Assembly: GCA_963710375.1 (NCBI GenBank)
Contig: CAVPZX010000004.1
Span: 265,242-329,241 of the forward strand
Direction of reading: 5' to 3'
DNA from: Nitrospirota bacterium
Lineage (GTDB): Bacteria; Nitrospirota; Thermodesulfovibrionia; Thermodesulfovibrionales; Dissulfurispiraceae
DNA: 64,000 bases
The notes under the pieces were generated by a model. The model searched no databases. It was given only the letters and a program-made list of their open reading frames with translations, and was not told where the DNA came from. The position numbers and the translations under genes are program-made. Below are positions 9,798-18,093 of this stretch, one piece after another (positions within the stretch are counted from its first letter, which is position 1; each line of letters begins with the position of its first letter).

Positions 9798-10224
9798 GAG
9801 GGAAAAAGGCCCAACCAGGAAAGCCGTCATCGAAGGCTTTGACGAACCGGTTTATTATGGTGTGCATGGTGGGATAAAAAACTTTTACAAAGTTGACACT
9901 GAAGAAGAACACGCTGCCACACTTGATCATATCGTGGCTGCAACTGCTGCCTGAATGATGGGTACACTGGCCAGGGTGCTGGCTGGAAAAAAGATTTTCA
10001 CATCGAAAGATCGCTATTGGGCGGATGTGGAAGGCATAATTGAAAATGTAAATAATATACTGAAAATCACCCGCATCCTCGTCAAATACCACCTGAAAGT
10101 TCCAAAGGAAAAAGTCGGCGAAGCAAGAGCTGCGTTTTCTTCATACATCGAAGGCTGTCCCGCAGCCCAGAGCGTGATCGGATGCATTGATATTAAGGAC
10201 GACCTGTTGATTGAGGAGGAATAA
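9760..10224 (+). CDS. OsmC-like selenoprotein (154 aa, Sec at in-frame TGA 9952-9954)
   Basis: Two abutting same-frame ORFs (9760-9954, 9955-10224) join as LDHIVAATAA-U-MMGTL, the OsmC first-Cys position; second Cys in GCPAAQSV; SECIS-like hairpin; tRNA-Sec in the window. Confidence 0.85.
9967..9986 (+). promoter_or_regulatory. Bacterial SECIS-like hairpin
   Basis: CTGGCCAG-GGTG-CTGGCTGG; G-initiated apical loop begins 20 nt after the UGA. Confidence 0.7.
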
Positions 10225-10310
10225 TTTTTTCACTGCCGATATTGGCTTGCTATCTCTTATGCTTTTGATATACTTGTATTTAAAGAGATGGGTTCAGAAA
10301 GGAGACGCAT

Positions 10311-10922
10311 ATGAAAATTTTTATTATCACTATGATGGGACTGTCACTTATATTCTTCGCAGCTACCACGGTCATGGCTGCAACCAATCTTGAGACGGCG
10401 ACCTTCGCAGGCGGCTGTTTCTGGTGCATGGTACCCGCCTTCGACAAGATCCCGGGCGTGGTTTCGGTAACATCCGGATACACGGGCGGGGGGAAAAAGA
10501 ATCCCACTTACGAAGAGGTCTCGGCCGGAGGAACTGGCCACGCCGAGTCGGTTCAAATCGTCTATGACCCGGCGAAAGTAACCTACGAAAAGCTCCTGGA
10601 CGTTTTTTGGCACAACATTGACCCTACTACCAAGGACCGTGAGTTCTGTGATGTGGGGCACCAGTATCGGAGTGCCATTTTTTATCAAAATGAAGAGCAG
10701 CACCGGCTGGCGCTGCAGTCAAAGGAACAGCTGGAAAAGAACAAACCCTTCAAAGCACCTATTGTAACAGAGATTGTGCAGGCAACTGAGTTCTACCCTG
10801 CAGAGGAATACCATCAGAACTATTACAAGAAGAACCCGATCCGTTACCATTACTACCGTTGGTCATGCGGTCGTGACCAAAGACTTAAGGACCTTTGGGG
10901 CGCTGCTGCGGGTCACGAATAG
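10311..10922 (+). CDS. msrA: Peptide-methionine (S)-sulfoxide reductase with N-terminal signal peptide
   Basis: FAGGCFWC, GYTGG, TGHAE, FYPAEEYHQNYY. Confidence 0.96.
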   Translation: MKIFIITMMGLSLIFFAATTVMAATNLETATFAGGCFWCMVPAFDKIPGVVSVTSGYTGGGKKNPTYEEVSAGGTGHAESVQIVYDPAKVTYEKLLDVFWHNIDPTTKDREFCDVGHQYRSAIFYQNEEQHRLALQSKEQLEKNKPFKAPIVTEIVQATEFYPAEEYHQNYYKKNPIRYHYYRWSCGRDQRLKDLWGAAAGHE

Positions 10923-10936
10923 CTGAGGAGGCAGTT

Positions 10937-12388
10937 GTGGCAAAATATGATTATGATATAGGCATTCTGGGCGGCGGCGCAGCAGGCCTTACTATTGCGT
11001 CAGGAGCAGCACAGTTTGGCGCCAAGGCACTTCTTATAGAAAGGGAAAAATCATTGGGTGGAGACTGTCTTCATTTCGGTTGTGTTCCGAGTAAAACGCT
11101 TATCAGGACGGCAAATGTTTATCATCTCATGAAAACCGCCGAAAAATACGGTCTCCCGCATGTTGATCTAAAGCCTGTGGATTATCGTGAAGTGGCAAAA
11201 AGGATCCAGTCGGTTATAAGTGTTATACAGGAGCATGATTCCGGCGAAAGGTTCTGTGAACTGGGTGCAAGGGTTGAATTCGGGAATGCGAGCTTCACAG
11301 ACGAGCATAGTGTCAGGTTAAATGGGGGAAAATATTCAGCTAAGAGCTGGGTCATCGCCACAGGATCTTCACCTGCGATCCCTCCCATAGAAGGCATAGA
11401 CAAGACTCCTTATATAACAAATAAAGAGATTTTTTCTCTGTCCAGTCTTCCAAAATCAATGATAGCCATCGGAGGAGGCCCCATATCAAGCGAGTTAGCC
11501 CAGGCATTCAACAGACTAGGAACAAAGGTCACTGTGGTAGAACTCGGCAATCAGGTTCTAGGAGTTGAGGACAAAGACATGGCAGACCGTCTTATGAATG
11601 TCCTAATCTCCGAGGGCATAATATTCCATTTGAGCTCTTCAATCCTCTCGGTAAGAGATCTTGGCAATGAAAAAGAAGTTGTTATTAAGGACAACGGTGG
11701 CAACACCCTGAGTCTAAGGGCCGAGACCATACTTGTTGCAGCCGGGAGACAAGCCAACCTGAAAGGACTCGGCATTGAGGACATCTCTCTCGAATTCGAC
11801 AAAAAAGGCTTGAAAGTGGACGAGTGGCTGAGAACAAGCCATAGGCATATCTTTGCCGCAGGTGATGTCACAGGGGCCTATCAGTTTACCCATGCAGCCG
11901 GATATGAAGGCGGCATTGTGCTCAGCAATGCTATTCTTCACCTGCCGAGGGCAACGGACTATACGAACTTTCCCTGGTGTACATATACCGACCCTGAGCT
12001 TGCAAGCATAGGAATGAACGAAAAAAGAGCCACAGCAGCGGGTATACATTATTCTGTCTGGACCGAAAAGTTTAAGACCAATGACAGAAGTCTCGCAGAA
12101 GGAGAAGAAGCAGGAATAATAAAGCTTCTCCTGGATGAGCACGAAAAACCTATCGGCATCCAGATCCTGGGGCCTCAGGCAGGAGAATTGGTCAGTGAAT
12201 GGGTGTCTATTATGAATGGAAAAGTTAAACTTTCTACTATTGCATCAGCCGTTCATCCTTATCCCACCCTCGGGGAGATCAATAAGAAAGTCGTTGGGAA
12301 TTTTTTTTCCAGCAAGATTTTCTCCGACAAGGTAAAAAAGGCACTGAAATTCTTTTTTAATCTAAAGGGGAGAGCTTGCGGAGCATAG
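10937..12388 (+). CDS. Flavoprotein disulfide reductase (Lpd/MerA-like family)
   Basis: GGGAAG FAD motif, GGDCLHFGCVPSK redox disulfide, HPYPTLGE; GTG start after GAGGAGG; no MerA C-terminal Cys-Cys pair. Confidence 0.9.
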   Translation: MAKYDYDIGILGGGAAGLTIASGAAQFGAKALLIEREKSLGGDCLHFGCVPSKTLIRTANVYHLMKTAEKYGLPHVDLKPVDYREVAKRIQSVISVIQEHDSGERFCELGARVEFGNASFTDEHSVRLNGGKYSAKSWVIATGSSPAIPPIEGIDKTPYITNKEIFSLSSLPKSMIAIGGGPISSELAQAFNRLGTKVTVVELGNQVLGVEDKDMADRLMNVLISEGIIFHLSSSILSVRDLGNEKEVVIKDNGGNTLSLRAETILVAAGRQANLKGLGIEDISLEFDKKGLKVDEWLRTSHRHIFAAGDVTGAYQFTHAAGYEGGIVLSNAILHLPRATDYTNFPWCTYTDPELASIGMNEKRATAAGIHYSVWTEKFKTNDRSLAEGEEAGIIKLLLDEHEKPIGIQILGPQAGELVSEWVSIMNGKVKLSTIASAVHPYPTLGEINKKVVGNFFSSKIFSDKVKKALKFFFNLKGRACGA

Positions 12389-12657
12389 TCGCCCTGCGGG
12401 CGTAAGCCCTGAACTGGCTGTTCTTTGTCCTTAGTTTCACTCAGTCTATCTGATTCATACTGCCAATTACTGTCAGCAGCGGTGCCGAGGATTGCCGGTC
12501 TGCGGGTTCCAGCGTTGGAAAAAACAAAGCAAAATAATAGCTAATTTATAGTTTGCAGTTGTCACGGAGTATGCATCTGTGATAGTATGTAAGTAATATA
12601 GCCGTGATTTAATATTGAAATTAGAATCTGCAAATCGTATGGCAGGAGGTTACTGAC

Positions 12658-12831
12658 ATGCAGACAATTAAGGAACCAGAGACACCAGTACAGAAGGACA
12701 AGCAGTTTCAGTTGCGTATTCCGTTTGAGGTTTGGGACAAGGCCCGTAGGCTGGCAGGGGCAGAGGCGATCAGCCTGCATGATTTTATCATCGCAGCGTT
12801 GATCGAGAAAGTTGACAAAGGGGGCAAATAG
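12658..12831 (+). CDS. Small ribbon-helix-helix (Arc/HicB-like) protein, 57 aa, absent from the ORF track
   Basis: AGGAGG RBS; KQFQLRIPFEVWDKARRLAGAEAISLHDFIIAALIEKV fits the RHH pattern; stop abuts the next ATG. Confidence 0.75.
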   Translation: MQTIKEPETPVQKDKQFQLRIPFEVWDKARRLAGAEAISLHDFIIAALIEKVDKGGK

Positions 12832-13134
12832 ATGGCTAAGCCGGTTAAAAAAACATTGCGTGAAAAGTGCTTAGAGGACGCCAATAAAATCGATGAGCTT
12901 CGCTACTGCTTAGACCAGGACAGGCCGTACGAAGAGCTGGGCTTTTTCCGTGGGCGTCGGAGACCAGAAAAGGACGTTCTGGAAGGTGAGTGGTCGATTG
13001 CCGGGATTCTGGAGGAGGCCGCCTATATAATCGAACACATAAAAGAGGACGAACCCGATCTAACCGCAGAGGACCGGTCGCAAATCCGCCAGTTGGAGAA
13101 GTTCATCAAAAAATGGCAGGACAAGAAAGCCTAG
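12832..13134 (+). CDS. Hypothetical protein (100 aa), coupled to the RHH gene
   Basis: ATG immediately follows the RHH stop (TAG ATG); no recognised family. Confidence 0.65.
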   Translation: MAKPVKKTLREKCLEDANKIDELRYCLDQDRPYEELGFFRGRRRPEKDVLEGEWSIAGILEEAAYIIEHIKEDEPDLTAEDRSQIRQLEKFIKKWQDKKA

Positions 13135-13179
13135 AAAGAAGCCAGCCGGCGGTAAGTCGTATAACTCATCGGAAATAAT

Positions 13180-13203
13180 TGGCGGGAGCGTGTGGGAATC
13201 GAA
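13180..13203 (-). repeat. att-like 24-bp duplication of the tRNA-Sec 3' end
   Basis: TGGCGGGAGCGTGTGGGAATCGAA identical to 14032-14055. Confidence 0.92.
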
Positions 13204-13209
13204 GAGTAC

Positions 13210-13653
13210 CTATGCTTTATTTATAAGTGGTAAAAAGTTTGACAGGGAAATAACAATTACGCCGTATTGCAACAACAGCGATGAAATCTTTTTATCGTCA
13301 CTAATATCCTTATCACCGGTCAAAAGATAGTTTGCTTTTCCACGGATGGCAGTTTCAATAATTATATTGTCATCCGGGTCACGGCACACAGTAATATCAT
13401 TTTTCAGTGTCACATGTTCCGCTTTGTCTTTTATGAGCGTGACTAAATCCCGGATTTCTTTTTCAGGTATGTGATATTTCAAGGAAAACTTTGGACGGGT
13501 TAAAACTTCGTATATTTCTAAAATTTGCTGCTCGGATATAACAACACTGAATTTGCCTGTTTTCCACTCGTCAACTAGTTTTGTAGCGGTTGCTGATGTG
13601 GCAATGAGTCCAGATATCCAAATATTGGTATCTATTACGACTTTAACAGGCAC
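13210..13653 (-). CDS. PIN-domain (VapC-like) toxin
   Basis: VVIDTNIWIS, CRDPDDNIIIETA, LLTGDKD. Confidence 0.93.
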   Translation of the reverse strand: MPVKVVIDTNIWISGLIATSATATKLVDEWKTGKFSVVISEQQILEIYEVLTRPKFSLKYHIPEKEIRDLVTLIKDKAEHVTLKNDITVCRDPDDNIIIETAIRGKANYLLTGDKDISDDKKISSLLLQYGVIVISLSNFLPLINKA

Positions 13654-13882
13654 GCCTGCTCTTACGCACTTCTTTGATCGCGTCTTTTATGTCAGTTTCT
13701 ATTTCCTTTGTAGAGAACATGGCAGTCTTGCTGCGGATAGATTTGAGTGCCTTGTCAAATTTTCTCTGCCAGTCCTTGTCAGAAAGAATCTGTATCTGGA
13801 CCTGCTGTTTATCTTTAAGACGTATTTTTTTTAACGGTTTAAAAACACCGTTTTCATAAATAGCATCGATAGTTTTTGGCAT
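13643..13882 (-). CDS. Antitoxin, AF2212/DUF104-like
   Basis: TIDAIYENGVFKPL signature; overlaps the PIN start. Confidence 0.88.
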   Translation of the reverse strand: MPKTIDAIYENGVFKPLKKIRLKDKQQVQIQILSDKDWQRKFDKALKSIRSKTAMFSTKEIETDIKDAIKEVRKSRRAC

Positions 13883-14031
13883 TTTATTCCTCCGTGTCTT
13901 AACGATAGCATATGGTCATTAGAGGACGCAACCGGCAAAAAGACCATAAGAATATGTTTATCTGTTCACGGTTTGTTCACGCTATTTCTTTACATATCAT
14001 TCAGCTAACTTAATCTAATTAAATGATAAAG

Positions 14032-14129
14032 TGGCGGGAGCGTGTGGGAATCGAACCCACCCTGCCGGTTTGTGGCCGGCAACACTGGATTTGAAGTCCA
14101 GGAGGGACACCAGAACCCTATGCACTCCC
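14032..14129 (-). tRNA. selC: tRNA-Sec (anticodon UCA)
   Basis: 98 nt; anticodon arm CTGGA-CTTCAAA-TCCAG; long variable arm GCCGG...CCGGC; GGTTCGATTCC T-loop; GCCA end. Confidence 0.96.
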
Positions 14130-14349
14130 AAATGTTTGAAATATTTGTAATTTTACCACCTTTTTATCGTCATTCTCAAGCGTTAAATTTTGCTGTGTAT
14201 ATCAGTGTCATATGGCATGTCTGTAGAAGTTGTACCGCCTACCTTTTTTTGCTATCCTTATACATAACATCTCCGGCCTTTGGCAACGGAGCGGTTATTG
14301 ATGGATTTCGAGATAAGAATGCACAAGCATTTGACAATAGGAGGGAGCT

Positions 14350-14769
14350 ATGAGAACAACGTCTAAAGTGCTTGTCATTTGGGCGGTGATGGTCGTGCTG
14401 TTTGCAGGGTGTGCGAGTCTCCAGCCGCAGGTTGCTTTGAGCGAGAAAGAGAGCAAAAAAGTCGTGGAGTTGAAAGCAGAAAGCTTCAAATTCGAACCCA
14501 ACAATATAAGGGTCTTTGAAGGAGATACGATCCTTTTCCGCATAGAAAACAGTTCTGATTCGGCTCACAACTTTACGATCACAAACCCTCAGCAGCAGAT
14601 ACTACAGAGCGTGGATCTTCCTGCCAAGAAAGCGGTGGATATCAACGTCTCCTTTGCAGAGCCCGGAGTCTACGAGTTCTACTGTGACAAACCCTTTCAT
14701 TCCTTATTTGGCATGAAGGGACAGGTTGAAGTGGTGAAGAAACCTCTGGGTAGTGATGAGGGTAAATGA
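14350..14769 (+). CDS. Cupredoxin-domain lipoprotein
   Basis: Lipobox FAGC; type-1 copper ligands HNF...YCDKPFHSLFGM. Confidence 0.88.
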   Translation: MRTTSKVLVIWAVMVVLFAGCASLQPQVALSEKESKKVVELKAESFKFEPNNIRVFEGDTILFRIENSSDSAHNFTITNPQQQILQSVDLPAKKAVDINVSFAEPGVYEFYCDKPFHSLFGMKGQVEVVKKPLGSDEGK

Positions 14770-15257
14770 TGGGTGAGGGAGTAAAAACAACGCTGATCCT
14801 TGCACTCTTCTGTTTCTTTTATGCTGCGGCATCATCGGCCCAACCAGGTGATGTCGTGCATGGCGACGACATCCTCGGCATGTGGCTGAACGAGGAGCGT
14901 GACGCCAAAATCGAGATATACAAGTGCGGGGAGGAATACTGCGGCAGAGTCGTCTGGATGAAGAAGCCGGTCTATCCGGTGGGAGATTCTCATGGCCGGG
15001 CCGGACAGCCAAGGCTGGATGATAATAACACTGATCCAGGACTCAGAAACCGTCCGATAGCGGGTCTTAAGATTATGGACGGCTTCATCTTTGACGGAAA
15101 GAATGAATGGCAGCGGGGCACGGTCTATGATCCAAAGAATGGCAAAACATATAAAGGAAAGATGTCCCTTGCCACTCCGGATGCCCTGCGTCTAAGGGGA
15201 TATGTCCTTTTTCCGATCTTCGGGCGCACTGCCGCATGGACGCGAGTGGACCGCTGA
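14766..15257 (+). CDS. DUF2147-family exported protein
   Basis: ILGMWL, GTVYDPKNGKTY, LRLRGYV, FGRTAAWTR. Confidence 0.85.
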   Translation: MMGEGVKTTLILALFCFFYAAASSAQPGDVVHGDDILGMWLNEERDAKIEIYKCGEEYCGRVVWMKKPVYPVGDSHGRAGQPRLDDNNTDPGLRNRPIAGLKIMDGFIFDGKNEWQRGTVYDPKNGKTYKGKMSLATPDALRLRGYVLFPIFGRTAAWTRVDR

Positions 15258-15309
15258 CCGGCGGCTCTGACCCTCTGCGGGAAATGGTTGAATCAGGGAG
15301 CACACCTCT

Positions 15310-16737
15310 ATGGAAGTCTTAATTATAAGTACTAACACTAACCGCCTTCCCATGCCTGTCATGCCATACGGGGCTTGTATTGTTGCGGAGGCCGCGGAAA
15401 GGGCCGGGCATGGAGTGAAACTATTGGATTTAATGTTCGAACACAATTCATTACTAGCAGTGGAATCTGCGCTGCTGCATCATACATACGACGTCATCGG
15501 GCTTTCCATACGAAATATCGATAATAACGACATTCAGCATCCAGCTTTCTTTTTGAAAGATCTAAGGCCTATTGTGCGCACCATACGGGCATTTTCTGAT
15601 GCCCCTATAGTCCTCGGAGGCGCAGCCCTTGGGGTCATGCCTGAGGAAATTTTAAAGTATTCCGGTGCATCATACGCAATTATCGGAGAAGGGGACCGGA
15701 CGTTTATAATCTTGCTCAAGGCCATATCATCCTCTAATCCGCCATACCGCATTCCTGGCGTTGCATGGATAGAAGACGGAGTTTACCGGCATATCCCACG
15801 TGTGCCAGGCAGTTGCTCCGGCACGTGCATTGTGCCCGATTACCACCACTGGATTGATGTTAAAGCATATGCTTCGGGGATGGCTACAGTTCCGGTACAA
15901 ACAAAGCTTGGCTGTCATTTCAGATGCGTCTATTGCACCTATCAAAAAATCGAAGGTTCGGGGTATCGGCTCGCATCTCCCGAGAGCGTTTCTGACGCGA
16001 TAGGGCGGCTTGAAGCGGATGGGTTTCGGAACATAGAATTCGTAGATAACGTCTTTAATTCTCCGCATGATCATGCCCTGGATATATGTGACAGACTGGC
16101 CCGCATGCGTCATAGAACCCGGTTACAGAGCATCGAACTCAATCCACTCCACTTTGATCATGAATTAATGAATGCTATGGAACATGCAGGTTTTGTCGGC
16201 ATAGGAATAACCGCAGAAAGCGCATCGGGGCAGGTGCTCAAGGGGTTGGGAAAAGGATTTTCAGAGGAAACGGTCTATCAGGCGGCCCGTGTCGTAAAAA
16301 ACTGCAAGTTCCCATGCCTATGGATATTTCTCATAGGTGGACCGGGTGAAACGAAACGAACGGTTGAAGAAACATTGCGTTTTGCGTCTACACAGATTCG
16401 CCGCGGTGACACCATTTTTTTCAATGCGGGAATACGTATTTATCCAGGGACAGAGCTCGAAGCGATTGCAAGGACCGAGGGGGTGCTCACCATCCCGAGG
16501 GATGACATGCTTGAACCTGTCTTTTATTTTTCTCCGGAGATAGAATTGGAATGGGTTGACCGCCGGTTAAGAGAATTCATTGATACTCATTTAAACGTCG
16601 TCAATTCTGATGCCATCAGCCTTCCGCTACTAATAAAAATTAACCGGTTCGCCGGGCGCTTGGGAGTTCAGCCTCCCTTATGGAGGCACACACGTCCTAT
16701 CAGGCGTATTCTGCGATACACAGGAGTTTATCGATGA
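15310..16737 (+). CDS. Cobalamin-binding radical SAM enzyme
   Basis: N-terminal B12-binding domain (IGLSIRNIDN, VLGG, IIGEGD); GCHFRCVYC [4Fe-4S] motif; FVDNVFN. Confidence 0.92.
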   Translation: MEVLIISTNTNRLPMPVMPYGACIVAEAAERAGHGVKLLDLMFEHNSLLAVESALLHHTYDVIGLSIRNIDNNDIQHPAFFLKDLRPIVRTIRAFSDAPIVLGGAALGVMPEEILKYSGASYAIIGEGDRTFIILLKAISSSNPPYRIPGVAWIEDGVYRHIPRVPGSCSGTCIVPDYHHWIDVKAYASGMATVPVQTKLGCHFRCVYCTYQKIEGSGYRLASPESVSDAIGRLEADGFRNIEFVDNVFNSPHDHALDICDRLARMRHRTRLQSIELNPLHFDHELMNAMEHAGFVGIGITAESASGQVLKGLGKGFSEETVYQAARVVKNCKFPCLWIFLIGGPGETKRTVEETLRFASTQIRRGDTIFFNAGIRIYPGTELEAIARTEGVLTIPRDDMLEPVFYFSPEIELEWVDRRLREFIDTHLNVVNSDAISLPLLIKINRFAGRLGVQPPLWRHTRPIRRILRYTGVYR

Positions 16738-17801
16738 ACAAAGCGATTGATCACCCGGTCTACATAGCATCTCTGGCGACAGCAACGCCGCCTTCCACTT
16801 TCTCCCAGAGCTATGCAAAGGAGGTGCTTTCAAGGCGCTTTGCTGACATACTAACTCATAGGAGTCTGGCAATATTGCGGATGCTATTCGATCACCCCAG
16901 CATCAAGCAGCGCCATTACGCTCATGATGATCCCGAGCGTATTCCTGACGAAACACCTGACGACCGTATTGCCCGGTTCACTCGCTGGGCTATTGACCTG
17001 TCTGCCGAGGCGGCGACAAAGGCTCTTGCCCTGGCCGGCCTCGACGTCTCATCGGTTTCCGGACTCGTTGTCAATACATGCACGGGGTATATATGTCCGG
17101 GAATATCGACGTACCTGATAGAACGGATGGGTCTGCGCCGGACAACACCGGTGTTCGATCTCGTCGGAAGCGGCTGCGGAGGCGCAATCCCGAATTTGCA
17201 GGTTGCCTCGGCGCTTTTGAGCGGTATTGAGGACGGAGTGGTGGTAAGCATATCAGTAGAGATCTGCAGCGCTACATTTCAGATAGGCAATGACCTTAGC
17301 CTGCTCGTTTCCAATTCGCTTTTCGGAGACGGGGCAGCTGCAGCGGTTATTTGGAGGCGCCCCTCGGGGCTTGAGCTTGTTGCCTCCTCCAGCTATTATG
17401 CACCTGAACACAGGGAATCGATAAGGTATGTCCATAAGAACGGGCAGCTTTACAACCAGCTTTCGATGCAGCTGCCGAATCTCGTGAAGGTCGCCGCTGC
17501 GGAAGTAGTGGATGCACTGTTAACACCGCGCAAACTCCGCACCGGAGACATCGCTCACTGGGCGATTCACACGGGAGGAGAGAAGATTTTAAATGCTGTA
17601 AGAGATAAGTTGGGGCTGGAAGAATCGCAGTTAAAAGCGAGCAGAAATGTTCTGGAAAACTACGGCAATATGTCCTCTCCGACAGCGCTGTACGTCCTTG
17701 ATGAAATCATGGGGAATGGCCTTAAGGCTGGTGAACTGTGTCTGATGGTCGCCTTCGGAGCCGGGCTGTCAGCCCATGCGCTGCTGTTGCAAAAAAAGTA
17801 G
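16734..17801 (+). CDS. Type III polyketide synthase (chalcone/stilbene synthase family)
   Basis: Cys-His-Asn triad GSGCGG, WAIHTGG, YGNMSS; LFGDGAAA; ATGA overlap with the upstream gene. Confidence 0.94.
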   Translation: MNKAIDHPVYIASLATATPPSTFSQSYAKEVLSRRFADILTHRSLAILRMLFDHPSIKQRHYAHDDPERIPDETPDDRIARFTRWAIDLSAEAATKALALAGLDVSSVSGLVVNTCTGYICPGISTYLIERMGLRRTTPVFDLVGSGCGGAIPNLQVASALLSGIEDGVVVSISVEICSATFQIGNDLSLLVSNSLFGDGAAAAVIWRRPSGLELVASSSYYAPEHRESIRYVHKNGQLYNQLSMQLPNLVKVAAAEVVDALLTPRKLRTGDIAHWAIHTGGEKILNAVRDKLGLEESQLKASRNVLENYGNMSSPTALYVLDEIMGNGLKAGELCLMVAFGAGLSAHALLLQKK

Positions 17802-17846
17802 ATAAAGAGTCGGGATTAAGGTGACAGAGCATAAACATGATATAAT

Positions 17847-18018
17847 TGGTAGTGGGCCAGTTTGTTTTTTCTCTTTATCACCTGGGTTATCAGTAGTGGG
17901 CGAGTAACGCCGAGCCCACCTATATAGAAGTGGCGACCACAGATAATGCGCAATATAGACCAGTGATTGAATTAGACGGCTAATTGATACAGAGCAAAAA
18001 CAAACTGGCCCACTACCA
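17847..18018. mobile_element. MITE (~170 bp) with 34-bp terminal inverted repeats and a target duplication
   Basis: TGGTAGTGGGCCAGTTTGTTTTT... arms at 17847-17880 and 17985-18018 (32/34 match); TATAAT on both flanks. Confidence 0.82.
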
Positions 18019-18093
18019 TATAATCGGTTAACTTGATAATATCTGTATAATGTTGGATAGATTATTCTCTTCAGTAAGGAGAGTGAGGTTCTC

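Larger units (their letters stand above)
13204..14031. mobile_element. Minimal integrated islet at tRNA-Sec carrying only a TA module
   Basis: Bounded by 24-bp direct repeats; AT-rich; no integrase inside. Confidence 0.75.

Noticed and set aside
10937..12388. Mercuric reductase (merA) call
   Set aside because: No C-terminal Cys-Cys pair, no NmerA domain and no mer genes nearby; kept as a generic flavin disulfide reductase.
14042..14353. 103-aa ORF starting MWESNPPCR
   Set aside because: Antisense translation of tRNA-Sec; spurious.
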